Assembly: GCA_963838925.1 (NCBI GenBank)
Contig: CAWISW010000003.1
Location: 754,595-818,594, forward strand
DNA: 64,000 nucleotides
DNA from: an uncultured Nitrososphaerota archaeon
GTDB taxonomy: Archaea; Thermoproteota; Nitrososphaeria; Nitrososphaerales; Gagatemarchaeaceae
Direction: 5' to 3'
This document shows, in pieces, positions 9,574-19,789 of this stretch. Position 1 is the first letter of the stretch; every line of letters begins with the position of its first letter. A program made the position numbers and the translations under genes. Below the pieces are notes generated by a model. That model was given only the letters and a program-made list of their open reading frames with translations. It searched no databases and had not been told where the DNA came from.

Positions 9574-11565
9574 TTGAGCAGCGTCGGGCCCGGAACTCGC
9601 AAGATCTCCTCCGTCGCAGTGCTCGGGGCCGGGACGATGGGCCACGGAATCGCCGAGGTCGCCGCCTTGGCGGGGTTCCGGACGGTGCTCTACGACGTCG
9701 AGCAGCGCTTCCTGGACTCCGGTATGGACAAGATAAGGTGGAGCCTCTCGAAGCTCGCCGAGAAGGGCACGATCACCGCCGAAAGGGCGGAGAAGGCCGC
9801 AGCCGCAATACTCTGCACCACCGACCTGGGGGTGGCCGCCAGGTGCGACCTCGTGGTCGAGGCCGTGCCGGAGAGCCTCGAGCTGAAGAGGGGCATTTTC
9901 GCTCGCCTGGACTCCGCCTCGAGCGACTCGCTCCTCGCGACCAACACTAGCAGCATCCCGATCTCGGAGATCGCGGCGGCGACCACGAGGCCCGAGCGGG
10001 TCGTGGGAATCCACTTCTTCAATCCGCCAGTTCTGATGCCGCTCGTGGAGGTGGTCAGGGGGTTGAAGACCAGCGACGAGTCCGTGTCAAAGGCGGTCGA
10101 GTTCTGCGGGGCCCTGGGGAAGCACGTGGTCGTCTGCAAGAAGGACGTCCCCGGGTTCATAGTCAACAGGATCCTCGGCCCCACGATGAACGAGGCCGCG
10201 TGGGCCGTCGCCAGGGGGGAGGCGACCACGCGCCAGGTCGACTCGTGCTGCGTCTACAAGCTCGGCCTCCCGATGGGCCTCTTCGAGCTCGCGGACTACA
10301 CGGGCATCGACGTGATCTTCGCAGCCTCCCGGACGAGGAGCAGCAGGGAGCCCTCCTCCCTGCCCGTCGCGCCGGTCCTCGGGGAGATGGTCAAGGCTGG
10401 GAGGCTCGGCCGCAAGACCGGGGAGGGGTTCTACGCCTACCCCGCAACCGGGCCTCTCTACGCGAGGGCCGAGGGCGAGTCGGTCGACCCGCTCCTGTTC
10501 TTCTCCGTCGGCGTGAACTCCGCGGCCTGGCTGCTTCGTAACGAGGTCTGCTCGAGGGACGACCTCGACACGTCGGTCAAGCTCGGGCTCGGGTTCCCTG
10601 AGGGGATACTCCGGATGGCCGACTCGTGGGGGATAGACAGGGTGGTGGCCGCATTACGTGCAAAGCAGGCCTCGCACGGCGACGCCTACGCCCCAGACCC
10701 CCTCCTCGTCCAGATGGCCGAGAGGGGCGACGTGGGCGCGTCCTCGGGCAGAGGTTTTTATGACTACGGCTCGAAAGAGACCAAGTTGGAAGAGGTCGTT
10801 CTCAAGAAGGCGCCGCCGCTAGCCTGGATAACCCTGAACAGGCCGCACAGGCACAACACCATCACGCCGAGGATGATGGACGAGCTGGAGGCGGTCTCGA
10901 GCGAACTCGCGAAGGACGCGACGGTGAGGGTGGTCATCATCTCCGGCGAGGGAGGGAAGGCGTTCAGCGCAGGAGCGGACCTCACCGCGTTCGAGTTCAC
11001 CACGCCCCTCAAGGCCTTCGAGGCCTCCAGGAGGATGTTCGAGGTCTTCACGCTCTTCGAGAGGATGCCCAAGCCGGTCATCGCGGCCATCAACGGCTAC
11101 GCCTTCGGAGGCGGGTGCGAGCTCGCCCTCGCGTGCGACTTTAGGCTCGCATCCGAGTCCAGCCAGATAGGGCTGACAGAGACCAACCTCGGGATTATCC
11201 CCGGAGCGGGGGGCACTCAGAGGCTCCTGCGCCTCGTGGGCCTGAGCAGGGCGAAGGAGATGATCTACTTCGGGGAAAGGCTGCCAGCCCAAGACGCGCT
11301 CAAGGCAGGGCTGCTCGACAAGGTCTTCGCAAACGAGAGTTTTCAGTCCGACGTCGAGAGTTTCGCGAGGAAGCTCGCAAAGCGCGCCCCGGTCTCCTTG
11401 AAGCTCGCGAAGTACGCGATCAACCTCGCACAGCAGGTCCCCTCCGCCGACTCTGGCCAGCTCTTCGAGGCCGGAGGGTTCGGGCTGGCTCTCTCGACCC
11501 AGGACGCCTCCGAGGGCATCTCGTCGTTCCTGTCAAAGAAGGAGCCGGAATTCAAAGGCGAATGA
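9574..11565 (+). CDS. Bifunctional 3-hydroxyacyl-CoA dehydrogenase / enoyl-CoA hydratase
   Basis: GAGTMGHGIA, TNTSS, HFFNPP, PGFIVNR; C-terminal crotonase domain with FSAGAD, GGGCE and PGAGGTQRL. Confidence 0.94.
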   Translation: MSSVGPGTRKISSVAVLGAGTMGHGIAEVAALAGFRTVLYDVEQRFLDSGMDKIRWSLSKLAEKGTITAERAEKAAAAILCTTDLGVAARCDLVVEAVPESLELKRGIFARLDSASSDSLLATNTSSIPISEIAAATTRPERVVGIHFFNPPVLMPLVEVVRGLKTSDESVSKAVEFCGALGKHVVVCKKDVPGFIVNRILGPTMNEAAWAVARGEATTRQVDSCCVYKLGLPMGLFELADYTGIDVIFAASRTRSSREPSSLPVAPVLGEMVKAGRLGRKTGEGFYAYPATGPLYARAEGESVDPLLFFSVGVNSAAWLLRNEVCSRDDLDTSVKLGLGFPEGILRMADSWGIDRVVAALRAKQASHGDAYAPDPLLVQMAERGDVGASSGRGFYDYGSKETKLEEVVLKKAPPLAWITLNRPHRHNTITPRMMDELEAVSSELAKDATVRVVIISGEGGKAFSAGADLTAFEFTTPLKAFEASRRMFEVFTLFERMPKPVIAAINGYAFGGGCELALACDFRLASESSQIGLTETNLGIIPGAGGTQRLLRLVGLSRAKEMIYFGERLPAQDALKAGLLDKVFANESFQSDVESFARKLAKRAPVSLKLAKYAINLAQQVPSADSGQLFEAGGFGLALSTQDASEGISSFLSKKEPEFKGE

Positions 11566-11604
11566 AATGATAAATACAGTCTCGCCAAACTTTTTCCATC
11601 AGTC

Positions 11605-12765
11605 TTGACAGGCCTCCCAGCCATCTCCTTCTCGCCTGAGCATGAAGACCTCCGCGCCTGGGCCAAGGAGTTCGCCAGCAGGGAGATCGCCCCTGTCGCG
11701 GACAAGATTGACAGGACGGACGAGTACCCTCGCGACCTTGCAAGGAAGATGGGGGAGTACGGGCTCCTTGGCCTGGGGACGCCGAAGGAGTACGGGGGCC
11801 TCGGCCTCGACATGATCTCATCGGTGGTCGTCGCGGAGGAGATCGCGAAGGTCAGCCTCTCGGCGGGCCTCATCATCGGCGTCCAGAACGGGCTGGTGGC
11901 CTACCCGATCTCGGAGTTCGGCACCAAGGAGCAGAAGGAGAAGTACCTCCCCGCCCTGGTGAAGGGCGACATCATCGGCTCCTACGGGCTCACCGAGCCG
12001 GGCGCGGGGTCGGACGCCGCCAACATCCAGACCAAGGCCGAGAAGATGCCGGGCGGCTCGTACAAGATCAACGGCTCGAAGATCTGGATCTCGCAGGGGA
12101 TGCTTGCCGACGTGGTCGTCCTCTTCACCAGGACCGGGAGCGTCGCCGACGGCGCCGCGGGAATGACCGCATTCGTGGTCGACAAGGGCAGCCCCGGGTT
12201 CAAGGTCGGCGGCAAGCTCGAGGTCATCGGGATAAGGGGCACCGGGACGGCCGAGCTCGTCTTCAACGACTGCCACGTGCCGGAGTCGAACATGCTCGGC
12301 TCCGTGGGGGACGGCTTCCTCATTGCGATGGCCGTCTTGAACCAAGGGCGCATCGGGGCGGCAGCGGGCGCCCTCGGCGTCGCGAGCGCGGCGCTCGAGG
12401 CCTCCATCTCATACTCAAAGAAGCGGGTGCTCTTCGACAGGCCCCTCGGGAAGTTCGAGTCGATCAGGTTCCTCATCGCCGATATGGCGACGAGGCTCGA
12501 GGCGGCCCGCCTACTGACCTACAGGGCGGCATACCTCAGGGACAAGGGGGAGGAGTTCGTGAAGGAGGCGTCCATGGCGAAGGTCTTCTCGACCGAGATG
12601 GCGGTATGGGCGTGCGAGAGGGCCATCCAGATCCACGGCGGCATCGGCCTTAGCAAGCTGCTCCCCCTCGAGCGCTACCTAAGGGACGCGAAGATCCTCG
12701 ACATCGTGGAGGGGACCTCCGAGGTCCAGCGGTGGATCCTCTCGAGGGAGATCCTGCAGGACTGA
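11605..12765 (+). CDS. Acyl-CoA dehydrogenase
   Basis: LTEPGAGSDA, NGSKIWIS, GRIG, QIHGGIG, IVEGTSEVQR. Confidence 0.95.
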   Translation: MTGLPAISFSPEHEDLRAWAKEFASREIAPVADKIDRTDEYPRDLARKMGEYGLLGLGTPKEYGGLGLDMISSVVVAEEIAKVSLSAGLIIGVQNGLVAYPISEFGTKEQKEKYLPALVKGDIIGSYGLTEPGAGSDAANIQTKAEKMPGGSYKINGSKIWISQGMLADVVVLFTRTGSVADGAAGMTAFVVDKGSPGFKVGGKLEVIGIRGTGTAELVFNDCHVPESNMLGSVGDGFLIAMAVLNQGRIGAAAGALGVASAALEASISYSKKRVLFDRPLGKFESIRFLIADMATRLEAARLLTYRAAYLRDKGEEFVKEASMAKVFSTEMAVWACERAIQIHGGIGLSKLLPLERYLRDAKILDIVEGTSEVQRWILSREILQD

Positions 12766-12771
12766 GCGGCT

Positions 12772-13938
12772 TTGAGAAGCGTCGCCATAGCGGGCCTAGG
12801 CCACTCCAAGTTCGGAAGGAGGACCGACGTCGACGTGGCCGAGCTCGCGTTCGAGTCGATCAAGCAGGCCATCGATGACTCCGGCGTCCAGAAGAAGGAG
12901 ATCCAGAACGTCACGCTCGGGAGCGCGGGCGGCTGGTACGAGGAGACCCTCCCCGCAGTGCTGGTAAACGAGTACGCCGGGTTCGAGGACGTAGGGACCA
13001 TGCGCGTGGAGGCGGCGTGCGCAAGCGGGAGCGCGGCGGTTAGGAGCGCGTACCTCAGCGTGGCGAGCGGGGAGGCGGAGGTGGCGATGGCCGTCGGCGT
13101 CGAGAAGATGACCGAGGTGGACACGCTCACCGCCGTCGAGCTGATGGGGAGGTCAGGCTCGTACCTCTGGGAGTTCGAGAACTACGGGATGACGTTCCCC
13201 GCCTACTACGCCCTCTACGCGGCGGCGCACATGAGCAGGTTCGGGACCACCCAGGAGGACCTCGCCAGGGTCGCCGTCAAGGCCCACCACTACGCGTCCA
13301 TGAACCCGCTCGCCCAGTTCCAGAAGGAGATAACCCTGGAGAAGGCGCTCTCTTCGCAGGTCGTCTCGTGGCCCCTCAAGCTCTACGACGCATGCCCCAT
13401 CACCGACGGCTCGGCAGCGGTCGTCCTTGCAAGCGAGGAGGCCGCCAGGCGTCTCACCGACACCCCCATCTGGATCCGGGGGATCGGCTTCTCTTCCGAC
13501 TCTGCAAACCTCAGCAAGCGGGCCGACTACGTGGGGCTCAGGGCCACCGTGGACGCGTCGAGGAAGGCGTACGCGGCCGCCAAGGTCGGGCCGGAGGACG
13601 TGGACGTCGCCACCTGCCACGACTGCTTCACGATAGCCGAGCTGATGGCCTACGAGGACCTCGGCTTCTGCGCGAAGGGGGAAGGGGCCAAGCTCATCCG
13701 TGAGGGGCAGACGGAGGTCGGAGGCAGGATACCGGTCAACGTCGACGGGGGCCTCAAGGCGAAGGGCCACCCCATCGGGGCGACCGGCGTCTCTATGATG
13801 GTGGAGATCTCGAAGCAGCTCAGGGGCGAGGCGGGAGGGAACCGGCAGGCCTCCATCAAGAACGGAGTCGGGCTCGTCCACAACGTGGGGGGGACCGGCC
13901 ACTACTGCTACGTCACTGTCCTCTCGAGGTCGAAGTAG
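12772..13938 (+). CDS. Thiolase, SCP2-thiolase type
   Basis: EAACASG, HDCF, KGHPIGATG, HNVGG fingerprints. Confidence 0.93.
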   Translation: MRSVAIAGLGHSKFGRRTDVDVAELAFESIKQAIDDSGVQKKEIQNVTLGSAGGWYEETLPAVLVNEYAGFEDVGTMRVEAACASGSAAVRSAYLSVASGEAEVAMAVGVEKMTEVDTLTAVELMGRSGSYLWEFENYGMTFPAYYALYAAAHMSRFGTTQEDLARVAVKAHHYASMNPLAQFQKEITLEKALSSQVVSWPLKLYDACPITDGSAAVVLASEEAARRLTDTPIWIRGIGFSSDSANLSKRADYVGLRATVDASRKAYAAAKVGPEDVDVATCHDCFTIAELMAYEDLGFCAKGEGAKLIREGQTEVGGRIPVNVDGGLKAKGHPIGATGVSMMVEISKQLRGEAGGNRQASIKNGVGLVHNVGGTGHYCYVTVLSRSK

Positions 13939-14379
13939 TTGGCGGACGACAGCTCCCCCCCGACCATCAGGTCGAAGCGCAGCCTCACGCTCAGGTTCAA
14001 CATCCCGATGTCGAAGACCAGCCGGTTCTGGGAGGCCCTTGGCGAGGGGAAGTTCGTCACGACGAAGTGCGACGACTGCGGGAAGCTCACCTTCCCGCCA
14101 CAGGCGGACTGCCCCCGGTGCATGAGCGGGAACTCCAAGTGGGTGGACCTCGGGGCCGAGGCCGAGCTCCTGACCTTCACGCACGTCCAGATCACGCCGA
14201 CCAGCTTCGTCGACCACGACCCCTACGTCGTCGCCATCGGGAAGCTGAAGGAGGGGTTGAACGTCCTCGCGTGGGTGGAGGGCGCAGAGCCGGAGAAGCT
14301 CGCCCCGGGCGTGAAGCTCAGGATCGAAAGCAGGAAGGAAGCTGAAGGCGGGCCCGACTACGTCTTCGTCTTGGCATGA
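13939..14379 (+). CDS. DUF35 Zn-ribbon/OB-fold thiolase partner
   Basis: CDDCG-x-FPP-x-CPRC plus OB fold; starts immediately after the thiolase stop. Confidence 0.92.
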   Translation: MADDSSPPTIRSKRSLTLRFNIPMSKTSRFWEALGEGKFVTTKCDDCGKLTFPPQADCPRCMSGNSKWVDLGAEAELLTFTHVQITPTSFVDHDPYVVAIGKLKEGLNVLAWVEGAEPEKLAPGVKLRIESRKEAEGGPDYVFVLA

Positions 14380-14392
14380 CCAGCGACGGTCG

Positions 14393-14776
14393 CTAGAACT
14401 CGACCTGGATCGAGCGTATGACCTCGGCGACCCTCAGGAACCTGTCCTTGTAGAAGAGGATCTTCGTTATGGACCCCTTGAACTTCAGGAGCCCCTTTAG
14501 CACCGCCGACTGGAAGTCGACCTCCCCCTTCGCGACCTTCGTCCACGTCTCGTACGAGCCCTCGAAGGAGAACTCGGCCTGCGTCGCAAAGTCCGACGGC
14601 GCGACGGTAGTCTTACCCTCCTCGACCTTGATGAGGTAGAACGACGCGACGGCCGAGTCGACCGAGCCCAGCTTCACGCTCGTCTTCAGGCCCTTCGTCC
14701 CCTCCTGCCACTTCGCGTCGTTCGTCAGAAGATCCTGCAGCTGCACGAAGAACTCGGGCGAGAAGTACTTGACCAT
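14393..14776 (-). CDS. SCP2 sterol/lipid-binding domain protein
   Basis: YFSPEF start and WTKVAKGEVDFQSAVLKGLLKFKG signature. Confidence 0.85.
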   Translation of the reverse strand: MVKYFSPEFFVQLQDLLTNDAKWQEGTKGLKTSVKLGSVDSAVASFYLIKVEEGKTTVAPSDFATQAEFSFEGSYETWTKVAKGEVDFQSAVLKGLLKFKGSITKILFYKDRFLRVAEVIRSIQVEF

Positions 14777-15060
14777 CAGCTACCCGCCCCGGGGACGGCT
14801 TTTTTGAGCTTACCTATCGCCCCCGAGGTCAGCCTCGACTTGAGGGTGACCGCCCCCGCGCTGACCTCGAGCGCGTCCTTCACCATCGGGAGGTCTACGC
14901 TGTCGGTCTTCACTATGACGGCGTGGTCGAACCAGACGGCCTTCTTCGCGAGGGCGGGGGATATCTTCGCGATCCTGTGGGTGAGCTCCTTCCGAGCCTC
15001 CTCGTCTATCTGGGCCTCGCTCGTCAGCATGAGGTACCTCTTGTGCCTGGGCCCTCTCAA
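14776..15060 (-). CDS. rnp2: RNase P protein Pop5/Rpp14 homologue (short, 94 aa)
   Basis: RHKRYL at N-terminus and LTSGAIGKLK at C-terminus; TTG start overlaps the upstream stop (TTGA). Confidence 0.75.
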   Translation of the reverse strand: MRGPRHKRYLMLTSEAQIDEEARKELTHRIAKISPALAKKAVWFDHAVIVKTDSVDLPMVKDALEVSAGAVTLKSRLTSGAIGKLKKAVPGAGS

Positions 15061-15497
15061 GCCGTCGCCCCCTCGAGGATCCGGGCGTAGAAGGCGGCCG
15101 GGTCTTCCTTCGCGAGATGTGCGCGCGGCTTGACCTTCACCCTGATCGGGTCGGAGCTCGCGAGTGTCGCGTTCCCGCTCATGACAAGAACTTGCTTGCT
15201 GAGCCTTATGTAAAGCGCGTTGTGCTCGTCGAGAAGGGAGCCGAGGTCCGCGAGTATCGCCTTCCTCTCGTCCTCTCCGATCTTGGCCACGATCCTCCTG
15301 AGCGCCTCCTCCGCCTCGTCCCCCGTCAGGTGGTGCCTGACCCAGACTATCGTGTTGCCGTGGTGCCCTTCCGCCTCCACCCGCTCCTCGGGGAAGTCGC
15401 GCCCCAGCAGCGCGCAGACTGCGCGCTTCACCTTCTCCTCGTCCTCGGTCATCTGGAGGAAGTAAGAAACCTCGAGCGACTGGACGGACGAGCTCAC
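15057..15497 (-). CDS. DUF54 RNA-binding protein of the exosome/RNase P neighbourhood
   Basis: TEDEEKVKRA, EGHHGNTI, LYIRLSKQ, DPIRVKVK. Confidence 0.88.
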   Translation of the reverse strand: MSSSVQSLEVSYFLQMTEDEEKVKRAVCALLGRDFPEERVEAEGHHGNTIVWVRHHLTGDEAEEALRRIVAKIGEDERKAILADLGSLLDEHNALYIRLSKQVLVMSGNATLASSDPIRVKVKPRAHLAKEDPAAFYARILEGATA

Positions 15498-15565
15498 GCC
15501 GCGCCCGACTTGGTGAAAATAACTTTATCAAGTCTCGCGGGCCGAAACCTCTCAGAAGAGGGAGT

Positions 15566-16576
15566 ATGCGCGGCCACCTGAGAGTCCTCGGCATAGAGAG
15601 CACCGCCCACACCTTCTCCGCCTCAGTGGTCGCAGAGAAGGAGGGGATCGTGACGAACGCGAAGGACGTCTACGCGCCGCCAGAGGGCAGCGGCATCCAT
15701 CCAGCCGAGGCCGCCGACCACCACCTCGCGGTGGCGGTCAGGGTCGTCAGGGAGGCTCTGGTGAGGGAAAACGAGCGCGGGAGCGACATCGACCAGATAG
15801 ACGCCATAGCGTATTCCATGGGGCCTGGGCTGGGTCCGTGCCTGAGGGTCGGCGCCGTGACCGCGAGGACGCTATCGCTCTCGACCGGGAGGCCGCTCGT
15901 CGCGGTGAACCACGCCGTGGGGCACATCGAGCTCGGGTGCCTCCTCACCGGGGCCAAGACTCCCCTCGTCCTCTTGATCTCGGGGGGGCATACGATGGTC
16001 GTCGCCCACTCCGGCGGAGTCTGGAGGGTGCTGGGCGAGACGCTCGACCTGACGCTGGGGCAGCTCCTCGACCAGATGGGCAGGTACGTCGGGTTCGCCT
16101 CCCCGTGCGGGAGGAGAATCGAGGAGGCCGCCGCCAAGTCGAGCCGCTACCTCAGGCTCCCATACACGGTCAAGGGAAACGACGTCTCCTTCTCAGGCGT
16201 GCTCACGGCCGCGAAGAAGCTGGTCGACGGTGGCGCCTCTTTCGAGGACGTCTGCTACTCGCTCCAAGAGACCGCGTTCGCGATAACGACCGAGGTGACT
16301 GAGCGCGCGCTCGCGTTCACGGGCTCCAGGGAGCTCCTCGTGGTGGGCGGGGTCGCTGCCAACCGCAGGCTCGCCGAGATGCTCGAGATGATGGCTAAGA
16401 GGCACGGCGCCTCAGTGAAGGTGGTGCCCCCGAAGTTCAGCGGGGACTGCGGTGCGCAGATCGCTTGGACGGGGCTCCTCGCCTTCAGGTCCGGGGAGTT
16501 CCTTCCCAGGGTCGCCGACAGCGTCGTCAGGCAGTCATGGCGGCTAGACACAGTCCCGACCCCGTGGAGGAGCTAG
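15566..16576 (+). CDS. kae1: KEOPS tRNA threonylcarbamoyltransferase Kae1
   Basis: LGIESTAHT, GPGLGPCL, VNHAVGHIE, SGGHT, GGVAAN. Confidence 0.96.
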   Translation: MRGHLRVLGIESTAHTFSASVVAEKEGIVTNAKDVYAPPEGSGIHPAEAADHHLAVAVRVVREALVRENERGSDIDQIDAIAYSMGPGLGPCLRVGAVTARTLSLSTGRPLVAVNHAVGHIELGCLLTGAKTPLVLLISGGHTMVVAHSGGVWRVLGETLDLTLGQLLDQMGRYVGFASPCGRRIEEAAAKSSRYLRLPYTVKGNDVSFSGVLTAAKKLVDGGASFEDVCYSLQETAFAITTEVTERALAFTGSRELLVVGGVAANRRLAEMLEMMAKRHGASVKVVPPKFSGDCGAQIAWTGLLAFRSGEFLPRVADSVVRQSWRLDTVPTPWRS

Positions 16577-17244
16577 TCGATGATTGGGAGACGGGAAGGC
16601 GCGCAGTGAAGCTCCTCTATCGCGGCGCGGAGGCCGACGTCTACCAGGGAGAGTGGTGCGAGATGCCTGCCGTCTACAAGATGAGGAAGCCCCTCCCCTA
16701 CAGGCTCCCCGAGCTCGACAAGCTGATCCGAAGCCAGAGGACGGTGCACGAGGCGCAGCTGATACACGAGGCGAAGCTCGCCGGGGTGTCCGCGCCGCAC
16801 CTTTACTATCTCTCTCCTCAGGACGCCCTCCTGGTGATGGAGTTCATCGAAGGAAGGAGGCTGAAGGCCGTCTTGCTGGAGCCGGGCCTGACAAAGGCGA
16901 GGCTCGAGGAGCTCGGCGAGGAGTTCGGCCGGAGCATAGCGAGGCTCCACGCGGCGGGGATAATGCACGGCGACCTGACGACCTCCAACGCGATAGTTGA
17001 CGGCAAGGTCCTGAGCCTCATCGACTTCGGGCTCTCAGTCCACTCGCGGAAGCTCGAGGACCAGGCGGTCGACCTGAGGCTGATCAAGGAGACGCTGACG
17101 GGCGCTCATCACGACATCTCCAAGCGCTTCATGCAGGCGCTGATGTCCGGCTACTCCTCCGTGCTGGGGAAGGAGCGGGCGGAGGCCGCGACGAAGAAGC
17201 TTGCCGAGATCGAGAGGCGTGGGAGGTATGCCAGGGTCGAGTAG
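16564..17244 (+). CDS. bud32: KEOPS kinase Bud32
   Basis: GAEA, MHGDLTTSN, IDFGLS, EDQAVDL, ERRGRY; start is GTG 16564 or GTG 16606. Confidence 0.94.
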   Translation: MEELVDDWETGRRAVKLLYRGAEADVYQGEWCEMPAVYKMRKPLPYRLPELDKLIRSQRTVHEAQLIHEAKLAGVSAPHLYYLSPQDALLVMEFIEGRRLKAVLLEPGLTKARLEELGEEFGRSIARLHAAGIMHGDLTTSNAIVDGKVLSLIDFGLSVHSRKLEDQAVDLRLIKETLTGAHHDISKRFMQALMSGYSSVLGKERAEAATKKLAEIERRGRYARVE

Positions 17245-17821
17245 CCGGAGAGCGAAGCCGGTCCTCTTCGCGACCTCGAACCGGGGGAAGCTCGAGGAGG
17301 CGAGGGCCATACTAGCTCCTCTCGGAGTCTCCGTGGAGCAGTACGACGGGAAGGGCATCGAGATACAGGCGGACACCAACAGCGAGGTGGCAGCGTACGC
17401 GTCCAAGGGCGCCGCTGCCTCCGCAGGGCGGCCGGTTCTCGTCGAGGACGCGGGTCTCTACGTCGACTCCCTCGACGGGTTCCCGGGGCCTTACTCCTCG
17501 TACGCGTTCAGGACCATCGGGCTCGCCGGCGTGCTCTCGCTCCTCAGCTCGCCCGGAACCGGGAGGGCCGCCAGGTTCGTCAGCTCCCTCGCGTACTGCG
17601 AGCCCCGCGGAGAGCCGGAGCTGTTCGAGGGCTCCGTCCGGGGGCGGATAACGACCAAGCCGAGGGGTAGGGAGGGCTTCGGGTTCGACCCGATATTCGT
17701 CCCCAGAGGCGGCGCGAAGACCTTCGGCGAGCTCACCCTCGAGGAGAAGTGCGCCGTCTCTCACCGGGCCGCCTCCTTGAAGAAGTTCGCGGAGTGGTAT
17801 CTCTCGCGGGACCGGCGCTGA
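17228..17821 (+). CDS. rdgB: Non-canonical purine NTP pyrophosphatase (HAM1/RdgB)
   Basis: FATSNRGK, VEDAGL, GFGFDPIF, SHR. Confidence 0.95.
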   Translation: MPGSSSRRAKPVLFATSNRGKLEEARAILAPLGVSVEQYDGKGIEIQADTNSEVAAYASKGAAASAGRPVLVEDAGLYVDSLDGFPGPYSSYAFRTIGLAGVLSLLSSPGTGRAARFVSSLAYCEPRGEPELFEGSVRGRITTKPRGREGFGFDPIFVPRGGAKTFGELTLEEKCAVSHRAASLKKFAEWYLSRDRR

Positions 17822-17870
17822 CGCCGGGAATGGTTTTAAACCGGGGGAAATCGAGTCGGTCAGGTTCCAT

Positions 17871-18320
17871 TTGGCGAGGATACATTCGCATCGGCACGGG
17901 AAGAGCCACCAGACCAGGCCCACGAGCAAGAGGGCGCCGAGCTGGCTCACCTACAGCGCCGACGAGGTCACCGCGATGGTCATCAAGCTTGCGAAGGAAG
18001 GGGTCACCCCCAGCTCGATCGGGGTCAGGCTCAGGGACGAGTACGGGATCCCGCTCGTGAAGCCGATAATAGGCAAGTCCGTGATGGAGCTGCTGAGGGA
18101 GAACAAGCTGGCGCCGGCAATCCCGGAGGACCTTCAGAACCTCCTCGACTCGGCGAGGAGGGTCCAGTCCCACCTCAACGCGTTTAAGGCGGACAGGAAG
18201 AACGTCCGCTCGCTCGAGCTCATCGAGGCCAAGATCTACAGGCTCTCCAAGTACTACAAGGAGATAGGCGTCCTCCCGCAGGACTTCAAGTACAGCGCAG
18301 TAGTGGCTCAGCTAAGCTAA
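17871..18320 (+). CDS. rps15: 30S ribosomal protein uS15 (S13e type)
   Basis: MARIHSHRHGKS, IGVRLRDEYGIP, IPEDL, LIEAKIYRLSKYYK. Confidence 0.97.
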   Translation: MARIHSHRHGKSHQTRPTSKRAPSWLTYSADEVTAMVIKLAKEGVTPSSIGVRLRDEYGIPLVKPIIGKSVMELLRENKLAPAIPEDLQNLLDSARRVQSHLNAFKADRKNVRSLELIEAKIYRLSKYYKEIGVLPQDFKYSAVVAQLS

Positions 18321-18328
18321 GCCGATAG

Positions 18329-19789
18329 GTGGTCCTCCGAGTGGTGGCGAACGAGGCTGCTACGAAGCCCGCTCCTCTCAAAGACCTTCATGCGCTCATG
18401 GCTCGCGCCAGGAGGGAGGCGGAGCACCTCGTCGCGCTCTCAAACCGGGGCGCCAGGGTCCTCGTCGTCACCCACATCGACGCCGACGGCCTCTCGAGCG
18501 GCTCCATCGCCTTCTCGGCGCTGGCTCGGAAGAACTTCGCCGTCTCGGTGAGGGCGATCCCCGACCTCGACCCGCGCGCCATCGAGAAGCTGAAGGCGGA
18601 CAAGTTCGAGTTCTACCTGTTCACGGACCTGGGCTCGGGGCTCCTCGGCGCCCTCTCCGGGGCGTTCGGCGAGAGCTTCGTCGTGGTCGACCACCACCAG
18701 ATACCAGAAGGAGACGCCTCCCATCCCAGGCTGATCAACGCCTGGAACTACGGCTACGACGGAGGCGAGGAGGCGTGCTCCGCCACGATGGCCTACGCGC
18801 TCGCCAAGGCGTTCGACGACCGAGGGAACCAGGACCTCTCAGCCCTGGCGCTCGTGGGCGCGCTCGGCGACCGTCAGGACAAGATGGAGGGACGCTCGCT
18901 CGGCGGGCTCAACAAGGTGGCCCTCGACGACGCGGTCACGAACGGGCTCGTCGAGCTCTCCAACGACCTCCTCTTCTTCGGCAGGGAAACGAGGCCAGTC
19001 CACGAGGCCATCGCGATGAGCTACTCCCCCTTCATCGCGGGACTGTCTGGGGCGAAGGACGCCGCGCTCGCGGCGCTCACGAACGCAGGCTTCAGGCTCA
19101 AGGAGGGCGGGAGGTGGCGCACGCTCGGGGAGCTCTCCAACGAGGAGAAAGGAAGGGTGATCGAGGTGATCTCAGGCTTCATCGCCTCGGCGGGCCACGG
19201 CTCCGACATCCTCAAGGACCTCGTGGGGACTGTCTTCACCTTCGAGTACGAGGACCCCCTCACACCTCTGAGGGACGCCAGGGAGTTCTCGAGCGTCCTG
19301 AACGCGTGCGGGCGCATGGACAGGACCGACCTGGGGGTCTCGATCTGCCTCGGGGACAGGGAGGAGGCGCTTCGTCTCGCGCTTTCGCTCATGGCGGAGT
19401 ACAGGGGAAAGCTGAACAAGGCCATCCAGAGGCTCCAGCTGGAGCCCGACAAGGTCGCCACCACGGGGGACGTCATGCTCGTCATGGGAGAGGAGTTCAT
19501 CGAGGAGAGGATGACCGGGTCGGTCTCGTCCCTCCTCGCGTCCTCCGACCGCTTCCGCGACAAGCTCGTCCTCGTCAGGGCCAAGTCCGGGGACTCGGAC
19601 CTGAAGTACTCGTCGCGCATCGGCGACTCCTACCCCGGGAAGGTCAACCTCGGTGAGGTGATGAGGCAGGCCGCGGAGAGCGTGGGCGGAGTGGGCGGGG
19701 GGCACAGCATGGCAGCTGGCGCCAAGGTGCCCTTCTCGAGGCGGGACGACTTCACAAGGCTCGTCCTGGAGAAGGTGGCCGCGCGCTGA
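18329..19789 (+). CDS. DHH/DHHA1 phosphoesterase (RecJ/Cdc45-like)
   Basis: HIDADG, DLGSG, DHH, GDRQ, GGGHSMAAG; conserved rps15-DHH-pcc1 order. Confidence 0.92.
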   Translation: MVLRVVANEAATKPAPLKDLHALMARARREAEHLVALSNRGARVLVVTHIDADGLSSGSIAFSALARKNFAVSVRAIPDLDPRAIEKLKADKFEFYLFTDLGSGLLGALSGAFGESFVVVDHHQIPEGDASHPRLINAWNYGYDGGEEACSATMAYALAKAFDDRGNQDLSALALVGALGDRQDKMEGRSLGGLNKVALDDAVTNGLVELSNDLLFFGRETRPVHEAIAMSYSPFIAGLSGAKDAALAALTNAGFRLKEGGRWRTLGELSNEEKGRVIEVISGFIASAGHGSDILKDLVGTVFTFEYEDPLTPLRDAREFSSVLNACGRMDRTDLGVSICLGDREEALRLALSLMAEYRGKLNKAIQRLQLEPDKVATTGDVMLVMGEEFIEERMTGSVSSLLASSDRFRDKLVLVRAKSGDSDLKYSSRIGDSYPGKVNLGEVMRQAAESVGGVGGGHSMAAGAKVPFSRRDDFTRLVLEKVAAR

